Both the position numbers and the translations under genes were made by a program. From assembly GCA_050273025.1 (NCBI GenBank), contig CP158636.1, positions 2,976,001-3,040,000 on the forward strand: 64,000 bases of DNA. The letters are read 5' to 3'. The notes beneath the pieces are model-generated. The model saw only the letters and a program-made list of their open reading frames with translations, did not search any database and was not told the origin of the DNA. Numbering within the stretch: position 1 is the first letter of the stretch; every line of letters starts with the position of its first letter. Below are positions 34,970-48,127 of this stretch, piece after piece. The stretch comes from Cenococcum geophilum (Eukaryota).

Positions 34970-37664
34970 ACTATCGCCAGAACCATGACCGTCGCCGGAG
35001 CCAGACGATAATCGTTTGAACGACCAGCCAGTGAACACCACGATTAATTTAATCGGTCAATCGAATTGAACTAAAGCCTTAATATTACCCTATTACTAAA
35101 TTAAATCGAATCGAATCGAGGCCTCTTAGGGAGGCACCCTAGACAACCACTGTTTAAATGTACAGCCAGCGAACGCCCATAGAGAACGATTCGAATTAAT
35201 ACAATTAATCGCAATCGAATTAAGCAGAGCCTTCGATCGGGCCGACCTCTATCCCGAATTACAGATACAGACAGGTAGGTATAGATAAGTAGGTATGACA
35301 GGCAGGCATAGACAGGTAGGCACGAATAAGTAGGACAGTCAGATAGGCAGGACAGGTAGGACAGGCAGGACAGGCAGGACAGGCAGGGCAGGTAGGGCAG
35401 GTAGGGCAGGCAGGGCAGGTAGGGCAGGTAGGGCAGGTAGGGCAGGCACGCAGGCACGCAGGCACTAGGCCTAGTTAGGAAATCAGTACATAGCCGGCGG
35501 ATCATCGGGAACGCCGCCAATTGACGATTTGGAGTCTGCGAGAGATATCCCTTATAGCTACCATTAATTTTAAATTTTAAATTTTATTATTTATTTTATA
35601 ATTATAAATATTGCAGCTATAGGAAATATTATATAAAATGTATAAAATATATAAAATGTATAAAATGTATAAAACGTACGAAACGCATAAAACGTATAAA
35701 ATATGCTAATGTTGCTAATGTTGCTAATATGGCCCCGGGCTAGCCCCGGGCTAGCGTAAATAAGTGTATATAAGCAGATCAGCGGATCCAGCTGAAATGA
35801 CCCTGGGCCAGCCCCGGGCTAGCCCCTGGCTAGCCCCTACCACCCTCCCGTTTTCCTGACGTAAAGAACCTTAGCCTACTAGTAACGAGTAGGGTCTCTT
35901 ACACACTTTACCGTATTTAAAAAACCTAATATTACTAAGACGCATTCTAAGCTAGCCAAATTCCTTACTAATTTAAATTAATAATACCTTAACGCAGTAA
36001 ACTAAGCTATTGCTTACTGTCTTAGAACAAAATCTGCAGCTATTAAATACTCTAGTAAAGTATTTAGAGCCTATATTTACTTTAGAAACCCTAAAGAAGA
36101 AGACATTACCTTTTACGGAGCATCTAATGTAGTATTTGCGGACTATATAGAAACCAGACAGAGCTCTTAAGGATATCTTTTTATGCTATTCGGAGGACTA
36201 ATTAATTAGAAAGCAACCCTACAGCAATTTATTACTCGCTCGACTACTAAAGTAGAGCTTTTCTCCCTATCTACTGCTACCGTTAAAATCATCTGGTGGT
36301 AACAATTCTTTAAGGCAATAGGCTTTAATTTAGAACGCGATTTTACCGTGCTCTGCGACAATATATAGACTATATGACTCCTAAGACAGGATACACCAAA
36401 GCTTAACACTAAGCTTCGATATATTAACGTCTATTAGCACTAGCTGAGACAGAAAGTCTAAGACAAAAAGATTAACGTCTAATAGGTCCCTATAGACAAG
36501 ATGCCTACCAACGGCCTTACTAAAATCTTACCCCGTTAAAAGCACGAAGCATAGATAAAGCAATTAAATTTGGTAGATATTTGATATTAGATTAATACTT
36601 CATCTAGCAACTAGCAATATCCGCAATATCCGCGATATTCGCAATATCTGTTATAGTTACCCTATCCTTTTACTACTCCTAAATTGTATCTAAATTTCCT
36701 ATTTTGGTATAGTCTCTACCTTCATTTTTGTTTTCTATAGCTTTAACTACACCGTTAAATCTGGGGGGGTGTGTAACCGACTACCGAGGCTCGCATTACC
36801 TCGTGGCTCACCACCTCGTGTATGTCTTACTACCTATTTTCATTACCTATTACCGACTGTAAGCGCTGTCTACCTCGGCAATTGTGCATCATCGTCATTA
36901 TCTTCTTATTACCCACTTCGTGTATATATAGACGCTTTAGAGCTACATTTACAATCAAGTCGTTTATTTAATTCTTCGCACTACAAAGCTTACAAATAGT
37001 CAGGGGCTTGGTGGTCAGTGCATGCGTATATACACACGCGGTCTTTAACGGACTTTAGTAAAATTTAATTAATCTAGCAGAATTTGGTTAAAGCGTCGGA
37101 ATTTATCTATTAAGTATTTCACTAAAACATTCCTACTATAACTAGGCTAGTCCCATTACAGCTTTAGGTTTAGTATTAGGTATAAAGTTAGTATTAGATT
37201 TAGGTGCGGGTTTTTTAAGTATCCTTTTTATAATAGAATACTAGTCCCTATAGTATTTTCGCGTAATAAGCTTAAGCTTTTACTCAGCGTGGGGTAGTAT
37301 AGTACTTAGGGTCTATCTATAGGGTTTAGTGAATTTTTTAGATCCTTAATGGGTATTAGTGGAAGTCTTATATTAGTAGAATTTAGTAGAATTCCTAGGC
37401 TAGCGAAATTAGGTAGACTTCTTAGGTATAAGGTAGATTTTAGTAAAATTTTCAGATCCTTAGTAGATGTCGGTAGAATTCTTATATTAGTAGAATTTAG
37501 TAGATTCCTTAGGCGTAAATTAGACACTAGTAGAAATCTTAGGCTAGTAAATCTTAGTAGATTTCCTAGATTTTAGTTTAGGGTTAGGGCGGTATATTAT
37601 AAAGCATTCTTTTCTATAATAAGGGGCAGTAAATAAAAGTTTAAGGTTATTCTAATTAATAATT

Positions 37665-38318
37665 AGTAGTAGTAGTTCTTTGATTAACGTCTGATACGGA
37701 TCCTATCTTGGCCCACGCAGACTACTCCGTCACAGGGGGGAAAACTTATAATTTACATGAAGAAAACCCTGCAGTTAGGGGAGGAAAAACCCTATGAGCA
37801 GCCTCAGTAGGATAAAAAACCCCGATTTGCCATATTTGCACATAGCAGCGGCCCTACGGGCCTACTGCACGTCCTCCTCCTTAGATGTTTTAAACTCCTT
37901 AGGAACCACTACTTCCTTCTCTAGCTTATCAAAGCTAGGGTTCACTACGTCCCAGCTAGGCCTTGCTAATCGATTACTATGTCTTATTGTCTCTTTGTGT
38001 CCCATATCTTGCCCATCCCCTGTACGCTATCTCTTATATAGACCACTGCCATATACGCCTTACCTCCCCCCCCCTAGAGCCATCGAAGGCGTAAGGGGGA
38101 TTCATCCGTTCTAACCACCGTAATACTAATAAGCGAGCGGGATATTGTGTTATTTGGGTATCTTTTGTGCCTAGGCCCCAGCTAGGCCCTCTCTAAGGGT
38201 CACCACTCCGTCGAAAGGAGACAGGGAAAACCGTGGGTCGCAATCCAAGCTGCTAGGTAGTATTTGGTAGTTGAAAACGGCGAGTGACCGCATGCTCCGC
38301 GGGCGACTGCCCTGGGGA
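37665..38318 (-). mobile_element. SINE-like non-autonomous non-LTR element (~654 bp) with LINE-related 3' end and (ACT)n tail
   Basis: ~14-bp TSD TCTAATTAATAATT (37651-37664, 38319-38332); 3' end GGAGTAGTCTGCGTGGGCC..GGATCC..ATCAGACGTTAA matches LINE 13739-13783. Confidence 0.85.
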
Positions 38319-39876
38319 TCTAATTAATAATTACCTTATATAGCTTTATCTAGGGTTATTTAAGAATTACTAGGTAACTTAAGGTAGTAATAAAGAGCTT
38401 AATTAGTTCTTTATAGTTTAGATATTAGAGTTTTAAAGCTACTATATAAGTAATACGGCCTAAAATAGTGCGTTTGCTATTAAACCTAAATACATTAATA
38501 TACTGGTTAAGGGGGGTTAGGGTAAAACTATTATCTTATATAAAGATTTTATTAATAAATCCTATACCGCTAGCTCCTATATTAATTAGGATTTAAGTAT
38601 TAGCTTATTAACCGTTCTGCTAAAGGCGGTAGTTAATAGTTATGCTATAGTCCTAAGAGTTAGAGTTTATAATATTAAATACGTTTAATAAGATCTTAAG
38701 GCAGAGCCGTTTTAGAGAGTAACTTAGCTCTAGGATCTTCCTTTTAGAGGTAATTAGGGTAGAGTTTTTAAGGCGTATTAGTTATAGCTTTGTCCTTATA
38801 AGTAGTACTTATTAGTTACTAAGCTAGAACTAGATAAAAATTAGGGGCAATAACTAAAGGATTAGGGTGGTAGACTGCTAGCGTTAGCTATTTATAGATC
38901 TTTTTAAAAAGGGGCGGAGCAGTAGTTAGAGAGGTAAGAGTTACTTCTATATTTAAAGTAGAGGCCTAGCTTAATACGTCGATCTTATTTAAAGGACCCT
39001 AGTAGGGCGTATCCTAGGGTCCCAGTGTTAATATCTATAGCGTTAGGGTGCTTAGGCTAAGATAATAACTTAATAAACATTTATAGGGTTATTATATTAT
39101 ATTAAGAAGCAGGCTTTAGTATTAGGCGTAGTATATTATTATACTATTTATTAATAAAGTCTATGCAGGCATTAAGGGCTTCTAGTAAATCTACGCCTAT
39201 TAAGGAGGTTTTTAGCTTAGGGCTTAGGGATTTAATAAGGCTGTTAATTAGTGCAGAGTCGTTCTAGCCTATTTTTCTTACGTAATAGTTAAATTCGGAG
39301 AAGTATACTAGGAAATTTTTTGTTCCTTAAGCTATGTAGTTTATCTTTTTTTAAGTAGTAGCTTAGCGGTTTAGGTTACTATATATAGCTTTAAAAAGTA
39401 TAACTAGTGTTACGGACGCTTTAAGTACGATGTTATAACTACTTGGAGAAGAGATAGAAGAAGCTAGTTAGTTAATTTAGGCATGGTCTAGAATGGAGCC
39501 GATAGAACCATGTGATAAGGAATAGTAACCGAGGTTATATGATATGCTATGTATTAAACGAGAGGAACGAGAGGAACTTATATACCTTATATATAAGACG
39601 TATATTATATATAAGAAGGATTTTATAGGAGTACGGTTGTGTATTTAAGGACCCTTAGTCCCTACCTAGATAGTTCCTTCTTTATAGTAATTCTTAGAAT
39701 ATAATTAGAGTTAATCTGTTGGGCAACTACTCTACTAGTTGTTATTACGTTATTAACTTTTATACTTATATTTCCTACACACCTAGCCTAATAACGAGCC
39801 TATTGTAGTTCTTGCTACAAGGTTCCGTTATATAATTACTACCTAGTTATAGTATTAATATAAGAAGTTAAACAAT

Positions 39877-42830
39877 ATACTACTAAAAGCAGCCACTACG
39901 ATGCTATTAACGGCAGCAACTACTTTAAGGACAGAAGGTGATACTAGTATAGCAGATACTAACTTATAGCAACCTGTGACGGTTGGATAGCTATAGGAAA
40001 TAGTTAACTAGTTAACAGCTAATAATATAGTATTAGAAGAAAGACTTAATGGGATAGGAGTAGTAAAGATTAAGCTACTATTAATTAAGAGATTTATAGG
40101 AAAGAGGTTAAAGCTTAAAGGATTCCTTATATAAATGTACTTTAAGGTCTTATAGAAGGGAGTAAAGTTACCTATACCTGTGGATCGGATAGCCTATATA
40201 GGACTATTCTTATTAGGAAAAGCACTTAAGTAGTTTAAACCTTATCTTACGGAGATATAGGTAAACGGAATGACGACTACTAAGATGTGCGATTTATGTT
40301 CTTAAGTTAGAAAGGATTTGTAGAACGACTTATATAGATGTTTAGAGACCTAAAAGAAACAACTATAGTAGAAAGAAAACTCTAGAACCTTGTGTAATGA
40401 ACTTTAGTAATTAAGTATATAATATAGTTCTAGACGCTAGTAATATAAGTAGAATAGAATAATAGGGCGCTTATGGTATAGTATAAACAGGGACTTAAGG
40501 CTAAAGTCTAGGATATAATTATTTTAATGGAAGATGCGGACACCCTAAGGGAACTAATAGATTAGGTAATTAAGATTAATAATTGGATCTACTAAAGGGA
40601 ATAGGCTAAGAGAGGCTAGGATAGAGTTCTATAGTTATATAAGGCGTAGAGTACGCAATAATAAAAGCTAAGTTAGAAACTATGGTATGGCGTAGAGCTA
40701 ATAGACCTAAGTGGTACTAAAGAAGCCTATAAGAAATGGAGTAAATTATAGAAACCTAGAAAACAAGGATTAAGTAATTAAAGGTCTAAGGAGTAAAGGC
40801 CAAATTAGGGATTTTAATAGTAGAAGATATTTAGGCGGACTCTATAGCAAGAGAAATGGTTTAAAGAAGGAGCTTATATAAATTACGGAAAATAGGGTTA
40901 TTATATTAGAGACTGTAGAAGTGGGTAGAATTATTATATAGTAAAAGGCACGAAACTAGTAGACGATATATATGTATAGAGGGACGATAATATACTGCGA
41001 GGAATAAAAGAATGTTTAATTAGAAGTTTTGCGTTTTATTATAATAACGTATACCGAATTTATAAAGACGCTAAGTATGGCGTAAGCTATTAGCTATAAG
41101 AGCTAGCACTTATAGGATATAGGGGAACTAACGAACTAGTTCGTAGACGGGATATTAAGGATAATGAATTTGACCTAAGTGAAACATTCTATAATAATAA
41201 GGTAATAAGGGCCGCTTATTAGGAGTAAGTAGACCTTAGAGATGTTATACTAGAGATAAAGGATAATTCTACTATAAAATAGGGAATATTAGTAGGGATT
41301 GAAACCCCATTAGACACGATGTCTATCGCTTTGCGAGATGTAAAAGAAGTAGGATAGTGAACTACTTCGGCATTTGATAAAGGTAAAAGGCTAAAGGCTT
41401 AAGATTTTTAAGATAAGATAAGAGACGACTAAGATTCTTAAGACGAGATAAGGCATACCCTAGGACCTATAATGGATGAAAACTAATAGAGTAGGGCAGC
41501 AGCTTAGTTTAGAAATATATAAATAAGCTTAGGATAAAGTTTCCTATAGATATAAGACTCTTAAGACGAGATAAGTGAGATTTAAGACTTTTAAGACGAG
41601 ATGAGAATACTATGGATGCCTAGTTAGACTAAGGTGGGAGCTAAGCTTAAGTTAGAAGCAAGTTTAGGATTAAAGAATTTAAGGGACTAAGATTTTGGAG
41701 TATGAATAAGGATACCTATAGGTAAGAGGTAAGAAGCTTCTTTATAGATTAGAGAATCTGTAATATAAATAGCAGTTAGACTAAGAGATAGATATATAGA
41801 CCTAGAAGACTTACTAGGGGAATATATTGTTTAGCCTAAAGATTGAAAGTTTAATACTAGGATTAAGAAGTAAGACGACTTTAAGGATTAGAGCGTAAGG
41901 CGCAAACTAAAAGAAACTATAGAAGAGTTTAGGCAAAGAATTATTGTATAGTAAAAATAGAAACTAGATAAGAGATCTAGTATATTAGGACGTATAAAGG
42001 ATAGAGTATTAGTATAAAGAATTACTAATAGGCTGAGAGTAGGTATACTAAGAGCTAAGTGGCTTACTAAATTAGAAAATAAAGAGGATCTAGGGATTTT
42101 AACTAGGTTTAAAGAACAACATATAAAGGGCTGTTATAATGTAGTAATAAGAAGATACTTCCTTATGGATAGACCGTATATACTCTAGCAGCTATACTAA
42201 AAGTGGTATAGGTAAAGGCATAATAATAAGTGGGAAGATTTCTATATATAGTTGGATGAAAAAGTTATCTAGGACTACCCGATTATAGAAAAGGCTATGA
42301 CGTATATTAAAGGAGCCTTAATTATAATATTAAAGGATCTAGAGGAATGTTTAGAGGACTAAAGAAGTAAGAGATATATCTTAGTACCTGTAAATAAAGT
42401 TATAATGTTTAGATTAGCACGATAAAGGTTTAAACTTAGGGATAAAGATAAGCTAAGAGTTAACCTAAAGTACTTAGTATATTATACGTTATTATAGATT
42501 GCGTGCGTAGACGATATATGCGAAATGTATAAGAATCTAAAGGAAAAGAATTGGAAATACCCTATAAGAATATACTGGATAATAGACAAGTAATAGTATA
42601 GGAATGCTAAATATATATATAGATAGTATCTAGCAGAGGTCTAAGAGGAAGGAAGTGTAGTACTTTAACTAGGAAGATTCTTTATGGAAGAATACTTAGA
42701 CGGATAATAGTGGTGGGAATGCCTAGAAAATACGTATCTATAGTATATTAAAGATAAAAAGCGAATTAGGTATTGGCTAAAGAGTAAGCTAAGTGTACTA
42801 GGATTAAGCAGCTAATAGTTAGGAAAAGTA
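39877..42830 (+). pseudogene. gag: Gypsy gag with CCHC knuckle and ~1.9-kb C-terminal extension
   Basis: Homologous to gag at 14862; knuckle ~40873-40916; extra CxxxxCxxH motifs ~41037 and ~42504. Confidence 0.75.
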
Positions 42831-45800
42831 GAGGCCTATGGAACTAGAGGGAGCTAGTAGTAAAGCCTTAGACCCTTAAAGGAATTTAAGGACGATACCT
42901 AAATTTATAAATTAATTAGTAAGATTAGTAGTTTAAAGCGCTAATAGATAGTAGAGCAACGCGAAACTATATCTTATTAGTAGTAGTTAAGAGAATAGGA
43001 CTACCTTATAGATAAAAGGAGCAATTTTACCTATTAGTTATAATTTTAGGGGATCTAATAACCTATAGAGGAGGGATTATTAATCTTAAAACAGGACCTA
43101 TTTAGATAACTATTAAAGAAAGATAAATTAAGATGTCTTTTAATATCCTACTATTGGGACAGGACGAGGCAGTATTAGGTATACCTTAGTTATAGGAATA
43201 TAATCTAAGGATCGATTAGATTATAGGTTAGATTAATATTAGAGATACTTAACGCCGCAAAATGTAATAATAAGCTAAGTTGGTATGGTACTAAGTAAGA
43301 GCAACCTATAAAGAAATAGAAAAAGGACTAAGTTATATACTAAAGAGATACTATAAGTATGGCAAAAAACTATAGTCACTGGAAAGTAAAAAGCTATTAG
43401 AATATGCAGCATAGGACTATAAGATAAAATTAGAACTAGGAATAAGTCTAAAGTTCTTTCTAATCTATAAGCTTACTGAAGAAGAAGGAAGAGCGTTAAA
43501 AGAGTTTGTCTAGGAAAATCTATAAAAGGGATATATTAGACCATCGCAATTATTAGCGGGTTATCCAGTACTATTTATACTAAAGAAAAATGGTAAACTA
43601 AGGCTGTGTATTAACTATAGATAGTTAAATAGCATTACTAGGAAGGATAGGTATCCTTTACCCTTAATTAGCGAAATCTAAGATAAGATAGGTAATGTAT
43701 AAATCTTTATAAAGATAGATCTGAGATAGGCGTACTATTAGATTAGAATTAAGGAAGGCGATAAATGGAAGGTAGTATTTAGGTTAAAAGAAGGACTATA
43801 TAAACTATTAGTTATACAATTTAGGCTTATAAACGCATTAGCAACGTTTTAGAAACGTATTAATAATATATTAGGAGAATACTTAGATAAATTTATTATA
43901 GTATATCTTAATGATATTATTATCTACTTAATAACTAAGAAAGAACACGGGGAATATATTAAATGGGTCTTAAGGAGACTATAAGAAGAATAAATGCTAG
44001 TAGCAATTAAGAAATGCGAGTTCTTTACTAAGAAGACCAATTTTGTTAGATTTATTATTAAACTAGGCTAACTTAGTATAGATCTAAAGAAGATTAAGGC
44101 TATAGTAAATTGGTAGGAACTAGAGAACGTTATATAGTTAAGATCGTTTTTAGGGTTCTGTAATTACTGTAGAAGGTTTATAGCGTAGTAGTTAAAGGAT
44201 ATTAAGCTATTTACGCGATTAACGAAGAAAGAAGAACTATAGGTATAGGGAGAGGAGTAAAGAGAACTCTTTAAGAAAGTTAAAGAGTTGTTTACCTAGG
44301 AGCTAGTTCTTAAAATCTATTAACTAGGACTAGAGACGGTTGTAGAGATAAATGCATTAGACTATATACTAGGGGTGTGCTTTATATAAAGGTATTAAGA
44401 TGGATGGCACCTAGTAGCATACTATAGTCGGAAGATAATACTACTAGAGTTAAATTATAACATCTATAATAAGGAGTTATTAGGTATAGTTGCAGTATTA
44501 AAAAAATAGAGGGTATTTTTATAAGGTATAGAGAAACTATTTATAGTTAAGACGGATTATAAGAACCTAACAGGATTTCTAATAATAAAGGAACTTAACT
44601 AAAGACAGGTTAGATGGGTAGAGATACTTACGGAATACTATTTTAAGATTTAGTATACTAAGGGTACAGATAATACGCGGGTAGATGCTCTAAGCCGTAA
44701 AGCTAAACTATAAAATAAGGAAAAGCCATTGGGGGCTTTATTGCGAAAAGATATAGACGGATTAATTAGGTACAATTATCCGAAAATCGCAGTAACTTAA
44801 GAAGATAATGAATTAGAGAAAGTCTATAAGATACTAGAAAGCTTTTGGGTATAAAGAATTCTAGAAGTATAGCTAGAAGATCTATAGACGGATATATACA
44901 AAAATTAAGAAGTAAAGTACATCCTAAGAAGTATAGCAGAGTAGTTTATAGAAGACTTTTATAAGGGACTAACTTAAGGATATAATGGGGCTATAGGCTT
45001 AGTATTAAAACTCTAGGAGAAATACATTATTAACGGGATCTAAAGGATAGCTAGAAAAATTATAAAGGAATATCTAGATTGCTAAAGAAATAAACTAACA
45101 AGGTATAAGCCGTATAGAGGGCTATAACCTGTTAAAATACTAGAGAGACTATAGGAGGTTATATTATGGGACTTTATTATTAAGTTGCTAAAATTAAAAA
45201 ACCCTATTACCAGGCAAGATTATAACGCGATCTTAGTAATAGTGGATAAGCTTATAAAGTGGGGATACTTTATAGCATATATAGAAGAAATCTTAGTAAA
45301 AGATGTCGCTAGAATCTACGTTAAAGAAGTGTTTATAAGATATAGAGCACTAAGTAAGATTATATCGGATAGAGATCTAAAATTCGTAGTAGTATTTTAG
45401 GAAGTGTTCTTAGCGGAGTAAGGAGTTTAAGTAGCAACTTTTACTGTATATTATCTACAAACAGATAGTTAAACGGAAAGATTAAACTAGACACTAGAAT
45501 AATATTTAAGGCATTATATTAATTATATATAAAACAATTAGGTATCACTATTATTAGTTATATAGTTTGTATACAATATAACACCTTAAGAAGGAATAGG
45601 TATATTACTATTTAAGGCAAATTATAGATATAAGCTAAGAATATTATTGTTACTATAGTAAGTAAAGAAAACGAGTAGTATAGCTAAAGAAAGAATAAAG
45701 GATTTAATAAATCTTTATGTAGACCTTATAGAGATAGCTAAGGAAGTATAGCAGAGAATAAAAAAGTACTATAATGCTAAGAGATCTAAGGGACCAGATC

Positions 45801-46240
45801 TTAAGGAGGGAGATAAAGTGTGGCTACTATACAAAAATTTTAAGAGTTAATAACTAAGTAAGAAATTGGACCACGTTAGACTAGGACCTTTTAAAATTAC
45901 GTAGAGGATTTTACCGGTTATATTTAAGTTAAACCTACTAGCTAAAATAAAGATCTACCCTATATAGTATATCGCAATACTAGAGCTAGTATATAGGGAT
46001 ATTAAGCCACTGGCCTATAAAGCAGATACGTATAGAGGATAAGAAGAAGATAAATAGTAAGTTTCGAAGATTATTAATTATAAGGACATTAACGACGAAA
46101 TATGGTATAAGGTTAAGTAGATAGGCTATACTAAGACTACCTAGAAGCTACTAGAGAATTTAAAGAATGCTATAGAAAAGGTATAGGAGTATTAGAAGAG
46201 ATTAGGTTAGGTAGTATTAACAAAAAAGGATTACTAAAGA
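42830..46240 (+). pseudogene. pol: Gypsy pol (PR-RT-RNaseH-IN-chromodomain)
   Basis: ALIDS.AT (~42938), LRLCINY (~43598), YLND(=DD)I (~43904), WDFIIKL (~45167), YK(E)VK..GY chromodomain (~46105). Confidence 0.9.
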
Positions 46241-46309
46241 ATAAGTTACCTAAGGGGGACCTAAGAAGAGCAGTTACCGAACTACTTAGATCTATTTCCT
46301 TCTCTATTA

Positions 46310-46821
46310 AAGGAGAATCCGTTTTTTTATTACCTAGCTCCTATAGACCTTATTTTATAAGTTTCTACTTCTTAAAATAAACCTTCTTACGAACCTTCTT
46401 AAGATAAAGCAGATAAGTAAACGCCGTAATTTAAGTATTTAGGGCCTTTTATTCTGCGTTACGGGAACGTTCTAATTTAGTAAGGGCTTATAACAGTTTA
46501 CTATCTAGCCGCGTAGTAGTAGATTAAATACGAGACCCTAAGATAAATTAATTAGGGAACTAGACGACTATTAAGAGTAATAGGTCGCGTATATTTAGTA
46601 TTAGAAGTAGAGCGAACGTTATAGGACGAACAAATATTTGCTTTAGTACACTCTAAGTAAAAGGACGGTTATCGCGAAGATAGGTTTATTAACGCAATAT
46701 AAACTAACCCCTCTTTTAAATAACGAGAATACGGAGATAGTATAATCTTACTAAGAGATAATATTATAGTAATAGTGTGAGCACGACGTTGGGCGTATAA
46801 AGAAGAAATTGCTTTAGGTAT
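46310..46821 (-). pseudogene. Antisense accessory ORF: Zn(II)2Cys6-like cluster + coiled coil (RIP-degraded, possible intron)
   Basis: Reverting TAT/TAC to TGT/TGC gives C-x2-C-x6-C-x13-C-x2-C-x8-C at 46731->46621. Confidence 0.6.
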
Positions 46822-48127
46822 AATAAGCAATAATATTAACCAAATTAATTAGACGGATATTACACCTCTAGTAAATAACTTAGAGATATTTTAAATCTTT
46901 AAAGACGAAGATAAAGAGGAGGGAGATGGTGTTACGGACGCTTTAAGTATAATATTATAACTACTTGGAGAAGAGACGGAAGAAGCTAGTTAGTTAATTT
47001 AGGCACGGTCTAGGATAGAGCCGATAGAACTATGTAACGAGGAATAGTAACTAAAGTTATATAATATGCTACGTATTAAATAAGAGGAATGAAAGAAACT
47101 TACGTACCTTATATATAAGACGTATATTACGTATAAGAAGGATTTTATAGGAGTACGGTTGTGTATTTAAGGACCCTTAGTCTCTACCTAGATAGTTCCT
47201 TCTTTATAGTAATTCTTAGAATATAATTGGAGTTAATCTGTTGGGCAACTACTCTACTAGTTGTTATTACGTTGTTGACTTTTATACTTATATTTCCTAC
47301 ACACCTAGCCCAATAACGAGCCTATCGTAGTTCTTACTATAAGGTTCCGTTACAACTAGGCTTTATACTAAGTTCGGTTAAAGAGGTTTAATAAGGTTAG
47401 CTACCTCTCCTCTTAGTTAACTTAGGGCGTAGTAGAGTTAGTTAGCTTTAGTTAGGTAATAGTTAGCATTACTAGTTAGCTTATTTCTAAGCTAGCTTAG
47501 GAATAATTAGAGTTTTTATTATTTATTAATAAATACTAAGGGGTTTAGTAGTCGTTCGGATTGTTACGGTATAGTAGTTAGCTTAGGGTAAGTAACTACT
47601 GCGGGTTTAGGGCTCGCGTTCCGCGTATTTATCTCTAAGGATAATATTTAGTCTTAAGGTCCTAGCGTAGGCATTTTAAGAGTGCGTGTAACGGCGCTAT
47701 CGCACGTTACCTGCCAAATTCTACCATATTCTGCCAACCTGCGATTGGCCCGCCCAAAGCTAGCGCCTTAGCGGCTCACCCTATATATTTGTTTACATCG
47801 GTCCTAGCAACCCCTTTTCCTTCTCTTTAGCTTAGTATCTTCATAATACAGCATTCGTTCAAGCTTCGGTTTAGAGGCATTTATTTAAGCCGTAATATTA
47901 TACTAAGCTCTCCCTACCTTACCTAGGAAGGCCTTAATAATATCCCACCCCAAAGAAACTTCGTCTGCAACAACGCATTAACGCGCTATACTTAGATACC
48001 AAAACAACTCTACATTACCTGGGAAGGCCTAGATAATATCCCACCTTATAAGCCAGATAGGACTAGACCTATACCCCCAGAATTAAAACTAAAGTATACA
48101 ATACTAATAAACCTTAGGAAGCCAATA

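Larger units (their letters stand above)
33980..35861. mobile_element. Non-autonomous TIR element with TA TSD (Tc1/mariner/pogo-type ends), 1882 bp, non-coding
   Basis: TA|CGTCAGGAAAACGGG ... CCCGTTTTCCTGACG|TA; removing it and one TA restores the Copia reading frame. Confidence 0.9.
33900..36994 (+). mobile_element. Ty1/Copia 3' fragment (end of RT, RNaseH, PPT, 3' LTR), split by TIR element
   Basis: Y(QQ)RVGSL at ~35877; GYLFMLFGG, RSTTK(E)VEL, KLR.I; G-run PPT 36763-36769; LTR TGTAAC..TTACA 36772-36994; no 5' LTR found. Confidence 0.85.
39408..47354 (+). mobile_element. Full-length Ty3/Gypsy chromovirus (B2), RIP-degraded
   Basis: 425-bp LTRs 39408-39832 and 46930-47354; TSD ACTAG; PPT AAAGAGGAGGGAGA at ~46913-46926. 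Confidence 0.95.

Noticed and set aside
34850..35520. Cys/Pro-rich (metallothionein-like) ORFs
   Set aside because: Read-through of GGCA/GGTA microsatellites
38170..38318. HDV-like ribozyme at SINE head
   Set aside because: A P1-like pairing exists but the P1.1 GG and J4/2 catalytic strand are not identifiable; kept only as a structured-head hypothesis
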